Assembly: GCA_024679065.1 (NCBI GenBank) | Contig: JAGIQG010000006.1 | Location: 75,702,001-75,766,000, forward strand | Reading direction: 5' to 3' | Origin: Sphyrna mokarran | Taxonomy: Eukaryota | DNA length: 64,000 bases | In this document: positions 1 through 11,680 of the stretch, piece by piece | Layout of the letters: the number at the start of each line of letters is the position of its first letter | Numbering within the stretch: the first letter of the stretch is position 1 | Program-made: the position numbers and the translations under genes | The notes under the pieces: generated by a model | Seen by the model: only the letters and a program-made list of their open reading frames with translations | Told to the model about the DNA's origin: nothing | Databases searched by the model: none

Positions 1-1050
1 ACATTCTCGATAGCTTTTGCACTGAATTTATCCCAGTTAATATTAGGGTAATTGAAAGCCTATTGTTCCCCTATTGTTTCCACACTTCCCAGTAATATGC
101 TGATATATTTGCTCTTCTATCACTTTTTGGAGTCTATAGTATACAAAGAGGCTATGTGATTGCCTCTTTTTGTTCCTCAGTTCAATACATATGGTCCCAT
201 TTGATTCCATTTCATACATACCATCCCTCTTCACAGCTTTTTTGACTGATATTGGGTCCTCTCTTTTTTTCCCTCTTTTCTGTTTGATAATCCTGTAACC
301 ACTAATAATAAGCTGCCAATCTGCCCTTCTTAAACCACATTTTAATAATAGTCATGATATAATTCTAAAGTCCTCTCACCAGCTGCATATTTAGCTGAAC
401 TGCCTCCTATTTCTGCGCACATTAGGCATAATATTAGGCATAATCTTGAGATGTTCAACTTTGGCGCTTGCTTTTCAATTTGTTTTCTAGCTTCCTAAAA
501 TCTGCCTGTAGGACCTCATTCCTCTTTCTATCTATATCATTGGAACAATTTGGACCATGGCTGGTGGCTGCTCACCCATCTCTCTTAGAATATTCTGTAT
601 CATCTTCGTGACATCCTTGACCCTGGAACTGTGAGGCAACATAATATTGAGGCTGCAGAAATGCCTTTCTCTTCTCCTAACCAGTGAACCTCCTTTCACT
701 ATTGTTTTCCTTTCTCTCCTCCTTCACATTCCCTGTAGAACTGACCCGCCCATGATGTTGTGAACTTGGATCTGACTGTATTCTTTTAAGTTGAACATTG
801 GTTGGAGAAAGAACCACCTCACTTCCTGTTTGGATTTCCTGACAGTCACCCATTCCCTCTCTCATTCTTAAACTATTGAGTCACCACTTCTTGAAATGTG
901 TTGTCCATTTAGCTAACAGTTTTGCAGATGCACCACAGTGAGACCAACTGCAGCTCTGAAGACAGAGTGAGAGATCCTCCAGATGACAGCACTTCTTGCA
1001 CTTGTGGTTGTATTGGGAAGTGTCCTGCAGTTTCCACGTGGCATACAATG
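1..1050 (-). mobile_element. Decayed CR1-clade LINE: ORF1 SGNH-esterase remnant and start of ORF2 AP-endonuclease
   Basis: The minus strand near 430-630 resembles CR1 ORF1 (RVKDV..IQNIL..GEQP..NDI.RKRNEVLQADFRKL). ORF 43..234 (ICIELRNKK...YYRL...IEEQIYQHITGKCGNNR) matches APE motifs. Many stops and frameshifts. Confidence 0.75.
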
Positions 1051-2077
1051 AATATCTGACACGATTGAGGTGTTCTACCATCCATATATTAAATAGATTG
1101 ACTGAACTTAACAGAAATAAATTAAAGATCAATAGAAGGAACCTCACCAGCAATCTGATAGTTCCTTTTACTGATTTTACTTTCATGTTCCTTTTGGCTC
1201 ACATCTCATGCTCACGCTCCCTCTGGGCTCCGATCATTCTGCTGCTACAATTCCATTCTGTCTATGATCCTTATCTCTGGCTTTGGTCCAGGTGCTGCTC
1301 CCTACTAAACTTCTTTAGGTTCATGTTTCTTACTTCCAGCTCCAGTCTCTGCGTTGTTTCAGCCTCAAACTCCTTAAGATTTATGCTCCTTTTCCCAAAG
1401 CTTCCCAGTTTTTTTAATTTCCTGAACTTAAATACCAGAGCTGCAATGATGAGATGTCCCTGGAGCAATAGCCTGGCTCCATGAATAACTAGTTCAGGTA
1501 GTTAACACTATATCACCCCTCATTATTTTTGTACTTGTAACTATTTCTCGAATGAGTTAAAGCAGATCATAAATCTATGTTAAACCAAAATCTGCATAGT
1601 ACCAGTGAGAACATTCATAATGTGGGACAGTACTTATCATCCCTCCAAACTCTCCATGCTCATCTTAGCTCTGCTACGTGCAGAACTATTCTTTTTTAGG
1701 TATTATCAATTCCTTCAAGTTCTATTATCTATCATCATGAGCATTTTGTTCACCCTTATTGTGAGATATTTCCCTTTAGCAATAAGAATGATGTTGACAG
1801 AAGGACTTCCTTCCTGCATGATATTTGCAGAGTAATGTGTTCTTCATCTCAAATTGAAGCAAGTTATTTTAACCATTTATGCTCAATCCTAAGATCACTC
1901 TCAGAGTGACAAGGATGAGCTTGATACGTAAAGCTCCAGGAAACACTCATGGAACTGTACTTGCTCATACAATTATGAGCTTTCAGCAATATTGATTATG
2001 TAAACAAAACATTTACATGGCAGCAGTGACAGCACTTCAGGAATAATTCAATGTTTATAAAACGTCCTGGGATGTCT

Positions 2078-2430
2078 TCTTTTATTTGTTCTTGCAATGT
2101 GGGCATTGTTGGCAAGACCAACATTTGTTCCCCATCCCTAATTGTCCTTGAGCAGGTAGCGGTCAGCTATCTTCTTGAATTGTAGTGTAGGTACAGCAAT
2201 GGTACTGCTGAAAAGGGAGTTTCCATGATTTTGACCCAGCCACAGTAAAGGACCAGCGACATCGTTCCAAATCTGGATGATATGTGGCCTGAAGGGGAAT
2301 ATGCAAGCGATAGCATTCCCAAGCACCTGTCGTTCTTGTCCTTCGAGATGGAAGAAGTCACTGATTTGGAAGGTATAGCTGAAAGCGTCTTAGCACTGCA
2401 GTAGCTGCAGTGCCTCTTTACAGATGGGAC
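2078..2430 (-). mobile_element. 3' end of abundant shark CR1-like LINE
   Basis: The same tail (..catttgttgcccatccctaattgcccttga..gggagttccaggattttgacccagc..) recurs at ~21005-21220, 38535-38750, 46200-46500 and 54350-54660. Confidence 0.65.
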
Positions 2431-2909
2431 AGAGGTACATAGAAATTGGTAAGAAACTATGTCAATGTAAACATTTTTGTGCTCTTAAAAAGCTTGTTAC
2501 TTAACTTACAAGATACACCCAGAACTAGGAAACATGAATATGAAGCTTGATGGGCCAAGTGCGCTTATTTTTAAATTATTAGATCAATTATTTTTAAAAT
2601 GGATTAAAAGTTAAAATGTTTATTAAAATGTATCTTTAATTTCAGCAATTATAGTTAACTTGTATTCATTAATTCTTTAAAAAAGAGAAAAGAATTGGAT
2701 TAAAATTTGCTGACATTGGAACTGAACAAAAATAATTCAACTACTAAAATGTATTCCTGCTATACGTATTTATATTTCTATTACAAATAAATATACTTTA
2801 AAATTATCATTAATATATATACTGACACAAAAATACAGTGGTGAGTTTTAAGAGCAAACCAGAGAGGGAGCACTAAAAGGGCAGTGAGATTTGAAAGAGT
2901 AAAACTGAA

Positions 2910-3460
2910 GACAGAGTATTCATGGTGAAAAAAATAGGATTAGTAGGAATTTTAATCTTCATACAGATTGGGTAAATCAAATTGGCATAAGTAGCCTGAA
3001 AGATGAAATCACATTGTATATTTGGGACAATTTCTTAGAGCTGTACATTCTAGAGTCAACTGGCAAGCAGGATATTTCAAACTTAGTAATGTATAATAAG
3101 ACAGTATTAATTAATGATCTCATTGTCCAGGAGCCTCTAGGCAACAGTGATCATAACCTGATGTAATTTCACTATTAGGCTAAGAGTGAGGAAGTGGGTC
3201 TAAGACTAGTATCTTAAGCTTAATTAAAGGTAATTACAAGAGTATGAAGACAGAGTTGGCTGAAGTAGATTGGGAAAATAGGTTAAAACATTGGATGGTA
3301 GAGAGACAGTAGTAGACATTTAAGCAAATATTTTATAACTTCTAATAACATACTGAGAAGAAAAACTCTATGAGAAAAATGCACCATCCATGGCTAATTC
3401 AGTTAGTTAGGAATCGCATCAAATTGAAAGAAAGTGCAGACAGCTGTCAGGATAGTGGAC
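2910..3460 (+). mobile_element. CR1 LINE ORF2 endonuclease fragment
   Basis: Degenerate translation FNLHTDWVNQIG...FLELYILESTGKQDISNLVMYN..LINDLIVQEPLGNSDHN contains the APE 'SDH' motif. Confidence 0.75.
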
Positions 3461-3589
3461 AGATTCCTCCCTGATGTTTTAACTAGAACAGTGGGGACCA
3501 CGGTACCCAATAAAATTCAGCCCAATGTATCAGATGTGTCCACTCCACAAAAGAAGCTCTCACTGAAATTGGTCTTCTGTAGAACCTCA

Positions 3590-4693
3590 AAGCAATATTC
3601 CTAGCCTGTGGCACTGCTTTTGTAGCGCAGCGGGCTGGGAGACTCTAGCAGAGGTTGTTTCACAGATTCCCACTGGGTGCTACAGTCTTTATGCATCTCC
3701 AGCACTTGGATTTCCAATGTCATCAGCTCTGCACCAGAAATATGTGCGGAGCTGCATAATTTATATTAATGCTAATCTGCATGTATTTTAAATATGATTA
3801 GCAGGCTCAAGACTGAAATCCCTGGGCCTGGTAGCCTCTTCCCCCTCCCCCATCTCGCCTGTCGTGTTTCACTCCAGAGGAGTTTATTATAGCTCCCCAC
3901 TTGCAGGGAGCTGGAACCCGATCCTGCTGGAGTGAAAGCGGGGGGGGAGCAATTGAGCCCCCCTGCAGACGGTCAGATGCTGCATGTGTGCTCCAAGGCA
4001 TTGCCATCTTGACAGTGCCAGTGTGGAACCCTGGTATGACCAATGGGCCAAGTGCCAATGCCCAGGGAGCATCCTGGCATTTCCCAGTGGGCATGAGGCA
4101 GTGTCAAAGGGGCTGGGATTAATAGTGGGCCCAGATGGGAAAGGGGTCTCTTGGGGCAATCGGTGAGGGTGAGTGGTCCTGTTGCCACTCTGCACTCAGG
4201 ATGAGTGACAGAATGAGGGAGGCGAGCAATTGGGCTGGCCATTGAGTGGTGCAGGGGTTTTGCAGAGCTGCAGAAGGGTCAGGGCTGCTGGTAGGGAGGT
4301 GGAATCAATGTGGAGGGAATCAGGAGATTGTGGCTGTGGGAGGGATTGAGGCTGGCCCACGCATGTTTGGGGGGCCAGTGATTAGGCTGCGGGATGTACA
4401 GGGATGTACAAGGCTGGCAATTAGGAGACTGGCAGACAGGGGCCACTGTACATGCACAATCTCAGTGCTGATAGATTGCCACATGCACAATGGCCCGCTC
4501 AGTGCTATGCTGCCAGCCTTTCGAATGGAAACAGGCCCCACCCGCTGATTTTTAACAGGATTCACACCATTGCACTCTGCGGTGCACAGAGTGTGAGAAG
4601 TTCATTTTGAAAGTCCGACTAAAAAAACCAGCGGGATTTACTTCACTCTATGAATTTGACACTTAGAAATCTTTTGGGAAAATTCGATTCTGA
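3590..4693 (+). mobile_element. ~1.1-kb non-autonomous PIF/Harbinger-type element (MITE family copy A)
   Basis: Shares the internal hairpin CATCAGCTC(C/T)GCACC..GTGCGGAGCTG, a G-rich core and the 3' end GACACTTAGAA..TTTTGGGA(G/A)AATT with copies at 12938, 40707 and 60454. Confidence 0.7.
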
Positions 4694-4707
4694 CCCATTG
4701 AATGAAA

Positions 4708-4721
4708 GTTACCATGGTGAC
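4708..4721. promoter_or_regulatory. RFX X-box-like palindrome GTTACCATGGTGAC
   Basis: 13/14 match to the palindromic X-box GTTACCATGGTAAC. Motif match only, with no functional evidence. Confidence 0.25.
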
Positions 4722-4867
4722 AAATTTCCAGGCCGGAGCAAGTACTATTTGCAGCATCTCCCACATTGTCACCACTGCTACACAAGGGAGATAGATCACT
4801 GATGTTCCATCTTGGAAGATAGCTGAATACATTTCAGCTGCTTGGTAGTGCAGAACTTGAATATTGC

Positions 4868-4978
4868 TGAAAAGAGAGATATGTTACCAAAGCTTTTGTC
4901 TCACATTCCTCAAGACAAACATAAGAATGCCAAACTTCAAGCAATCATAACAATTCATAGCACAGGAGATAAGGTAAG
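4868..4978 (-). mobile_element. Penelope-like terminal fragment with degenerate hammerhead-ribozyme core
   Basis: The minus strand reads ...gtcTTGAGGAatgtgagacAAAAGCTTtggtaacatatctctct, resembling a CTGATGA-(stem II)-GAAA-AGCTT minimal hammerhead. The core is mutated. Confidence 0.45.
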
Positions 4979-6294
4979 ATTGAAACGGACTTCTCTATGA
5001 TTCTTGGGAAAATCAAGTTACAGTAGGAAATGTATGCAGTGGGTGTCCCAGCTGTAAGATCTTTATCAGGGTAGGGAGAGGCTTAGTGAACCCATGCAAA
5101 GAGAAGGAAGGCAAGATTGTTCACAGCAACTGTTCCTAGTTTTCATCAATACTATTATAATAAATAATCTTGGAGCATCATTTCTGGGCCTTTTTCAAAT
5201 ATGTATCTTGGTATGGATGATATTGTTTTGTTGGCAGACTCAGCTGACTGCATTTCACTCACCATCAATTTGGGGTTAAAAAGCAGATCGCTGAAAAACT
5301 GCATTGTAAAAGGTCAAGAATCTAAACCTCCAGTGATGTCTTCCCCCAAACTCTCCATGAAATAAATGATATTCATGTATCTCTTTTGAAGTCTAAATCT
5401 AGAGCAACAATGCATTTTTGTGTTTTTCATTTGTTTTATCTTTATGCTGAAGATTACAACTGATGAAATATTGGGTGTTCCTGGATCTTAAAGCAAGCTT
5501 ATGTTCCAATGCTCTCTCATTATAATTACTTTTCAGATGTCATAGGTGAGGCTGTCACATTTCACAGACAAACATACTGGAATTCGAATATGTGATCCAA
5601 AACCCCATTAAAATTCTGGAATCCAACATAATAAAAAGGAAATTAATCTTTAGTCATTGTAAAGCTATGGCCATTTGAAGAGTTTAACTTAGGACTGTTT
5701 TAAAGTTGCCAGTTTTATTGTGCCTGAGGCAGTTTTTTTAAACAGTTTCTTAATTGTACAGATTGTCGTGTGGGAGAGTTGAGATTGTGCTGTGCAATAT
5801 AAACATTTTTTTTATACAGGAACATGTTTATTCCACAAAGTGTGTTTTCAATTCTTTTGATGGAAAAAGATGGAACTTAATCTTCAATGAATTGCTGATG
5901 ATTGCTTCAGAAAATGGCCCAGATCCTCTGGTCTCTGGATGTTGTGCCCAGGAGATATGCTGGAAGATGCACTCCTGGAAATCCCAGTGCAAGGATTCCA
6001 CAGGGATTGCCCAGGAAGTTTCAACTTCCATTGGGCAATGCTCCTGCATCTGCCACCCTCCAAAACTGGGTTAGAGTTGGAATTTTCCTGGCACACCAGC
6101 TCCAGAATTGGGCTGGGGAGGCTTGCAGAATGGCATTCTCCCTCGGCCTCAGGAGGGATCTTATAAGCCTAGGGTGGGCGAGGCGGTAAAATTCTGGTAA
6201 AAGCCAGAGACTTTGGATGGTTCTGACTGAATGTCAAAACAGTTACACAGGAAAAGTTAGTTAAAATCAGTTCTAACTTCCGGGTGACTATAAT

Positions 6295-6690
6295 ACTGCC
6301 AACCCTCCACCCTGACTCTTCTCTCATGATACCCTACTGAACCCTAGCCCCCCCCCCCCCACCTTATTACTCAAACCCCCCAACTATTCCCCAAACCCCA
6401 CAACTAATTCTTACCCCATCTACTTCCCTCAATCCTGTCTATCCCCCTACTCTTGGACTACTTCCCCATCCTCCAGTTATTCCTGTGACCACCCAGCTAC
6501 CCCCTAATTACACCCACACAACCATCGAACTACCCATCTATCCCCTGACTACCTCAAAAGACCTCCAACCACCTCCTCAACCTGCATACACCCCCAAAAC
6601 CCCGTGACCACCTGTCAACCTACCCTCTATCTCATCACCTACCTACTTGCCATCCTATTCCTTCACCCACTTACCTTACACACTTACCTT
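6295..6690. repeat. C-rich degenerate tandem repeat (CCCC(T/G)ACTA-like units), including a C13 run
   Basis: Repeated ccctactga/ccccaacta/ccctgacta units. Probably the interior of a MITE-like element spanning ~5900-6950. Confidence 0.6.
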
Positions 6691-7072
6691 CTCTCGATAG
6701 TTTGTCAAAGTGGATTTAGGACGTTTAAATTTACTAGAATGTGGCATCTAATGATGTTAAAGAAAGAGATATGGCTCAGTTTCTCCTGAACTCCTAGACC
6801 ATGAAGGAAGGACGCCCAGAGAGGTATGTTCCACATTTTTCAGGAAGCCCAATGTGAAGTCCAGGTGAGAAATGTGGATCTTCACTCCAAAGTAAGTGAC
6901 CAGGAGCTGGCATTCCAAGCATGGTGAGCAAGGCTTTTCACCAAATCTACCTTTGATTTTCTTCAAAATATTACAGACTGATGATTTGATTGATCTATTT
7001 CAGTTATTGATTCTGCTGCTGAAGGATTGCATTGTTATGTACATACTTTTGATGAATTTGAACTATTCCTAG

Positions 7073-7261
7073 GTCCTTCTTCAGTAATCAGCACTGATGA
7101 TGATTCTGCCAGTCCATTGCATCATGTAACTAATGGCAGCAACACTCCATCCTCCTCAGAAGGTGGACCTGATGCAGTTATCATTGGCATGACAAAGATC
7201 CCCGTGATTGAAAACCCGCAGTACTTCAGGAATTCTCATGGCTTACTCAAATCTGACACTT
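7073..7261 (+). CDS. NTRK2: NTRK2/TrkB internal coding exon, juxtamembrane region with NPQY Shc/FRS2 docking site (189 nt, phase 1-1)
   Basis: AG at 7071-7072 and GTGAGT donor at 7262. Translates (G)[62 protein letters not shown](F), near-identical to mammalian TrkB ([52 protein letters not shown]) and closer to TrkB than to TrkA or TrkC. Confidence 0.97.
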
Positions 7262-7344
7262 GTGAGTATTTCATTATGAGCAGATTACAAAGTGTAAATA
7301 TATGAAAAGCTTGTATTGGTCAGAAGTTTCTACTAGATTGAATA

Positions 7345-7885
7345 AGCTGCACCAAGTATCACTCCTAACTACACCAAGTTACCGCTCCTAACCACACCAA
7401 GTTATTGCTCCTAACTACATCAAGTTACTGCTCCTAACCACACTAAGTTACCATTCCTAATTACACCAAGTTACTGCTCCTAACTACACCAAGTTAACAC
7501 TCCTAATTATACCAAGTTATTGCTCAAAACTACACTAAGTTACCTCTCCTAACTGCACCAAGTTACTGCTTCAGACTACACCAAATTACCAATCCTAACT
7601 ACACCAAGTTACCGCTCCTAATTATACAGTTATAGCTCCTAACTACACCATGTTACTGCACCTAACAACACCAAATTACTGCTCCGAACTACACAAAGTT
7701 ACCATTCCTAACTACCCCAAGTTACAGTTCCTAACCATACAAGTTTGGTATGATTATGGTTACATAATATGCTTTGTCTGTATAGCGCGCAAGAAACAAT
7801 ACTTTTCACTGTATGTTAATACATATGACAATAATAAATCAAATCAAAACAAAGTTACTGGTCCTAACTACATCAAGTTACTGCT
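7345..7885. repeat. 23-bp minisatellite (consensus CTCCTAACTACACCAAGTTACTG), ~19 degenerate copies
   Basis: Head-to-tail copies without spacers, starting ~85 nt after the exon donor and interrupted at ~7746-7848. Confidence 0.92.
7746..7848 (+). mobile_element. 5'-truncated Rex1/Babar-like LINE tail inserted in the minisatellite
   Basis: Ends ...tacttttcactgtatgttaatacatatgacAATAATAAATCAAATCAAA. It is the reverse complement of the tails at 14441-14570 and 55437-55560. Confidence 0.7.
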
Positions 7886-8359
7886 TGTAGAAAAAAATTA
7901 AAAGGAAGCATTCAAAAACACTTCCTGATTGCATTGGTTTATGGCAGATTTTATGTTTAGCAATGCGCAAATTAGTTTGAGCAGGAAACAAACATCTCTC
8001 GAAATGAATGCAATTTTAACCATGACTTGTCCTAGGATTGCTGATTTTCAGTTAAATGGAAACGCTATATAAAAACGGCTAAATCTTATCGGGAAAAGAT
8101 TAAAAGCACTACAACTTTAACATAATTGGAAATAGCACAATGCCTGAAACCACAGTAACTTTAGATAATCAAACAGGACCTTCTATTAGTTGATTGCATT
8201 GAACATTTCTGGGCCAATAATCCACTCCTCTTACAATGCAGTCCCATTGTAACTCTTGTGGAAGCAATCAAAATTACACTGAAATGCAGATGTAGAACCT
8301 GAGCTTCCCTGGTAGGTAATGAAGATCACCTTATGCCATATTTGAAGTAATTTTGAAAA

Positions 8360-9165
8360 AAAGCTTGCATTGGTATAACACTTTACACAACAGGTTGCTA
8401 TCATGAAATTCTTTATAGCCAATTAAATACTTTTGAATGTATTATTGGAAACCCAGCAGCCAATAAACACGCAGTAAACTTTCACAAACAGTGAAGTTCC
8501 ACAAACAGCAAACTTTCACGAACTGAAATCTGATAATGACCAGATGGTCCTTTTTTGTGATATTGTTTTTAGTGGTAAATATTGGCCAGGACACCAGGGA
8601 TAAATACCCCACTCTTCTTTGAAATAGTGCCATAGGGTCACTTACATCCATCCAAGCAGATTGATAGGCCTTTGTGTTGGTGTGTTAGATGAGACACAAC
8701 AACTCTAATAGTGCAGCACTGCCTCCATACCGCACTGGAGTGTCAGCCTTGATTTTTGTGCTTAAACTTGGAATGCGACTTGAATCCAGAAGTTTGTGAT
8801 GCCCAGGCAAGAGTGTTACTAACTTCAAAAAAAGTTTAAAGCTTTTTTGTTAGTGTCACAAGCAGGCTTACATTCACACTACAATGAAGTTAATGTGAAA
8901 ATATCCTAGTTGCCACATTCCTGTGCCTGTTCAGGTACACTGAGGGAGAATTTAGTATGGACAATTTGCCCGACGTGCACATCTTTCATACTGTGGGATG
9001 AAACTGGAGCACCCAGAGGAAACCCACACAGACACAGGGAGAATGTGCAAACTCCACATAGACAGTGATCCAAGCTGGGAATCGAACCTGGGTCCCTGGC
9101 ACCATGAGGCATTAGGGCTAACCATTGTGCCACCATGCTGTCACTGAGCCCACCTGACATCTTTA
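8360..9165 (-). mobile_element. Deu-domain SINE (SacSINE1-like), split by a V-SINE insertion
   Basis: The minus strand has a tRNA-like head (AGATGTCAG..GGCTCAGT//TAGTAACACTCTTGCC..GATTCAAGTC), a Deu core (AGGCTGACACTCCAGTGC..GCAGTGCTGCACT..ATGGCACTATTTCAAAGAAGAG..GGTGTCCTGGCCAATATTTA) and an L2-like tail. Confidence 0.75.
8826..9142 (-). mobile_element. HE1-type V-SINE (tail type B)
   Basis: The minus strand reads GCATGGTGGCACAATGGTTAGC..GGGACCCAGGTTCGATTCC (A and B boxes), then the V-domain TGTGTGGAGTTTGCACATTCTCCC..GGGTTTCCTCTGGGTGCTCC, then the tail ..TAACTTCATTGTAGTGTGAATGTAAGCCTGCTTGTGACACT. Confidence 0.85.
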
Positions 9166-10838
9166 GAGTGAATGGTTACTTTAAGCGTTGTATTTTTGTT
9201 TCAGGTGAAGTCAGCAAATGAGACTCAGTGCAAAATTGACTGTCAATCCACTACTGCCTAGCAGTTAAAATGAAAGTTCAACTCTGAAGGGAGAAAATTT
9301 TTTGTAAATGACCCAACACAAGTGTAGCCTGATTCCTTGTGAGCAGATAGCATCACAATTACCTAACTAACTCACAAGTGTTTCCTCATTTATATCATTG
9401 AAGGAACCAATGTGAACTGCACATGTATTTGCCTGCAGCACTATGTGCTCCTGGGGAACTGATGTAACCTGGGCATTGACTTTTTACCCATTTAAAGTCG
9501 TTTGTTCAGTGCAATGTGGGAAGGTGCAGGGCAGAAGACATGAAATGATTTCATCAACAGTTTTTATTACATAATAACATTTTATTGTGTTATAAAATAT
9601 GCCAATTTTCAAATGTCAAATTATATTTTAATATTTTTTCTTTAATACAATATACAGAAACATGTACCGAACAAATGCAAATTTTCCCACAGTCAGCAAG
9701 GCTGCATATTCATGTACTAAACATGAATGTTTGGCCTTGGCATTTGAGATCCTAAACATTGTTATTTTAAAACATAAGAGTAGTATAACCTTTGCTTCAC
9801 ATTAGGTTTGCCTTTAACATAGTAATTCTTACAGAACTTGAATTATTTAAATACAACAAGATCAACAGTGTAAGAGTTCTTCGAAAATGTCATACCTTAA
9901 GTCAGTGATGAGGGGAAGGTGAAAATCAGCATCATCCTTGGTTTAAAGGCCAGACAGAAGATGGGGAGCCATCTAATGATTCTCTGTTTTAATATGCCAA
10001 TACAAATGAACTCAGTTTGATAAATTTGCCTGTAAAGCAAACGCATATGGTTGCATATGGAGTAGTTATTGATGATGAGAAGATGAAGGGAATTTCAATA
10101 ACACTGTAACTGCAGTGCAGAAATGTCCAGCACAACTGCAATATTTTACACAAAATCAATTATCTCCATTAGCACAAAAAAGTCCTTGACTGTTTTTCAG
10201 TAGATCTTGTTTTATTACTTTTCATAGGAAGATTTCACCCCACCTTGGGAGGAGGTGAATAAATCTTCAAAGAATAATGCCAGCTGCAAGGAAAAGTTTT
10301 AGTCGATATCAGGTCAATATTTTTTTTAAATCTGTCAGCAACAAATTGAGGGAAAAACACACTCAACTTTTAATTCCTTTGAAGTACATGATGTGGTAAA
10401 TCAAAAAAAAGGTTTGATTAAAAGGAAATGTCTGAACTGTTCCTCTGGCCACATGTGATATTTTATTGCTCCAGGCGTAGACTGAAAATAATGGGGGATG
10501 TGATGACTGCCATCCTGTCTCACTACTCAATGGCAGTTCTGGATGAAATTTTCACTGAAATGACGGGAAACAAGGGCTGGATCTGTTTTTGCGTTAGATA
10601 CTCACTCCTAGTGGAATTTCCACAGGGGTGAGTCCAGATTTTGTGTGGAGCTTGGTTTCCTGTCCACTTAGAGTCAGTAGGATTATGAATGGAGATGGAC
10701 CTACTGAACTGTGTGACTCTTTCAGACAGCCCACAGCAATCATCCTTGCTGACATCCTGAGGGAGAGATTTACAGTTGGTACCAAAGCCTTCCACTTCAC
10801 AGGGATGTAAGATATTACTGAGGAGCCAGAGGCCTAGC

Positions 10839-10950
10839 ATGCAGGGCAGGACAGACCCTCACTTCATCAAAGCTGAGTTGAATCCAATTCTGGAGGCCAT
10901 GAGGGAGGCGAGGGAGATCCTCCTCCCAGACATCGGTAGGGGGAGGCCAC
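10839..10950 (+). pseudogene. N-terminal fragment of a Harbinger-associated Myb/SANT-like DNA-binding ORF
   Basis: MQGRTDPHFIKAELNPILEAMREAREILLPDIGRGRP fits the 'R..P.F...L..LL.A...R..L.P..GR' start of Harbinger Myb-like ORFs. It is adjacent and convergent to a transposase remnant. Confidence 0.55.
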
Positions 10951-11099
10951 TTTTTCAAGCAGCTGGAACACCTTTCTGTTCAGGCTCATTTCTCTGCATC
11001 TCTTTTCTACTCTCTCACCTCCTGTTCGTATTCTTCTCCAATGAGCTGCCTTTAACCAGGGCCTTACTGCCCTCAAGGTCCACATCTCTCTGAAGGGCT

Positions 11100-11680
11100 A
11101 CTTTATGCAAAATTCATCACCCAACTGATATGGGCACCAAAATCAAATCTTCAGAGGCCAGGTGGGCTGTTCAGTGGTTGTCCTGCTGAGCAAGCGGCAT
11201 TGATTGTACCATTTTGTGCCTCTGCCTGGGTTCTGATAGAGGAGGGAATAGCCATCTCTTTGTCCTGTAGGATCCATCCACACACATTGAGATTGGGGTG
11301 AAAAATGAAGGGGTCATGGTAGCTGCCAGGAATTTGAGTAGACACATGTAGGTAACTCTTGTGGTGGTTGCAGATCGTTTGACATTGAGGGAGTGGAAGC
11401 TCTACCCATTGATGAACCTTACTATAGAGCCACTTGGTATGGTCATATTGGTGCAATCATTGACTTCTTTACTAGAGGAAGTCAGCAATAGAGATGAAAC
11501 CCGCTGCCCTCTGAGACCATATTGTCATTAAACAAATGTGCTGTTTAGCTCTGGCAAAGAGGACTCCATGACCATGGAGTCCACAGTAAATACTTAGAAG
11601 GAACTAGAAGTAAAATGTTCAAGGTCACATGACTTTGGCAGCCACTAGTAGGGATGACAACCAATGCTGCAAAGTATGAG
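11100..11680 (-). pseudogene. Decayed PIF/Harbinger (HARBI1-like) DDE transposase
   Basis: Minus-strand frames give PLLVAAKV..FTSSSF, FING*SFHSLNV and ICNHHKSYLHVSTQIPGSYHDPFIF...GWILQDK (ORF 11151..11456). These match the HARBI1-family motifs RKGFHSLNVQ, PGS.HD and WLLGD. Confidence 0.75.

Noticed and set aside
7345-7885. CRISPR-like array of ~23-bp repeats
   Set aside because: Units are head-to-tail with no unique spacers, there are no cas genes, and the context is a vertebrate intron. It is a minisatellite.
9205-9221. Acceptor tgtatttttgtttcAG giving a CEVSK* tail (possible TrkB-T-Shc-like terminal exon)
   Set aside because: No similarity to the human T-Shc tail, it abuts repeats, and such acceptors are common by chance in a 15-kb intron.
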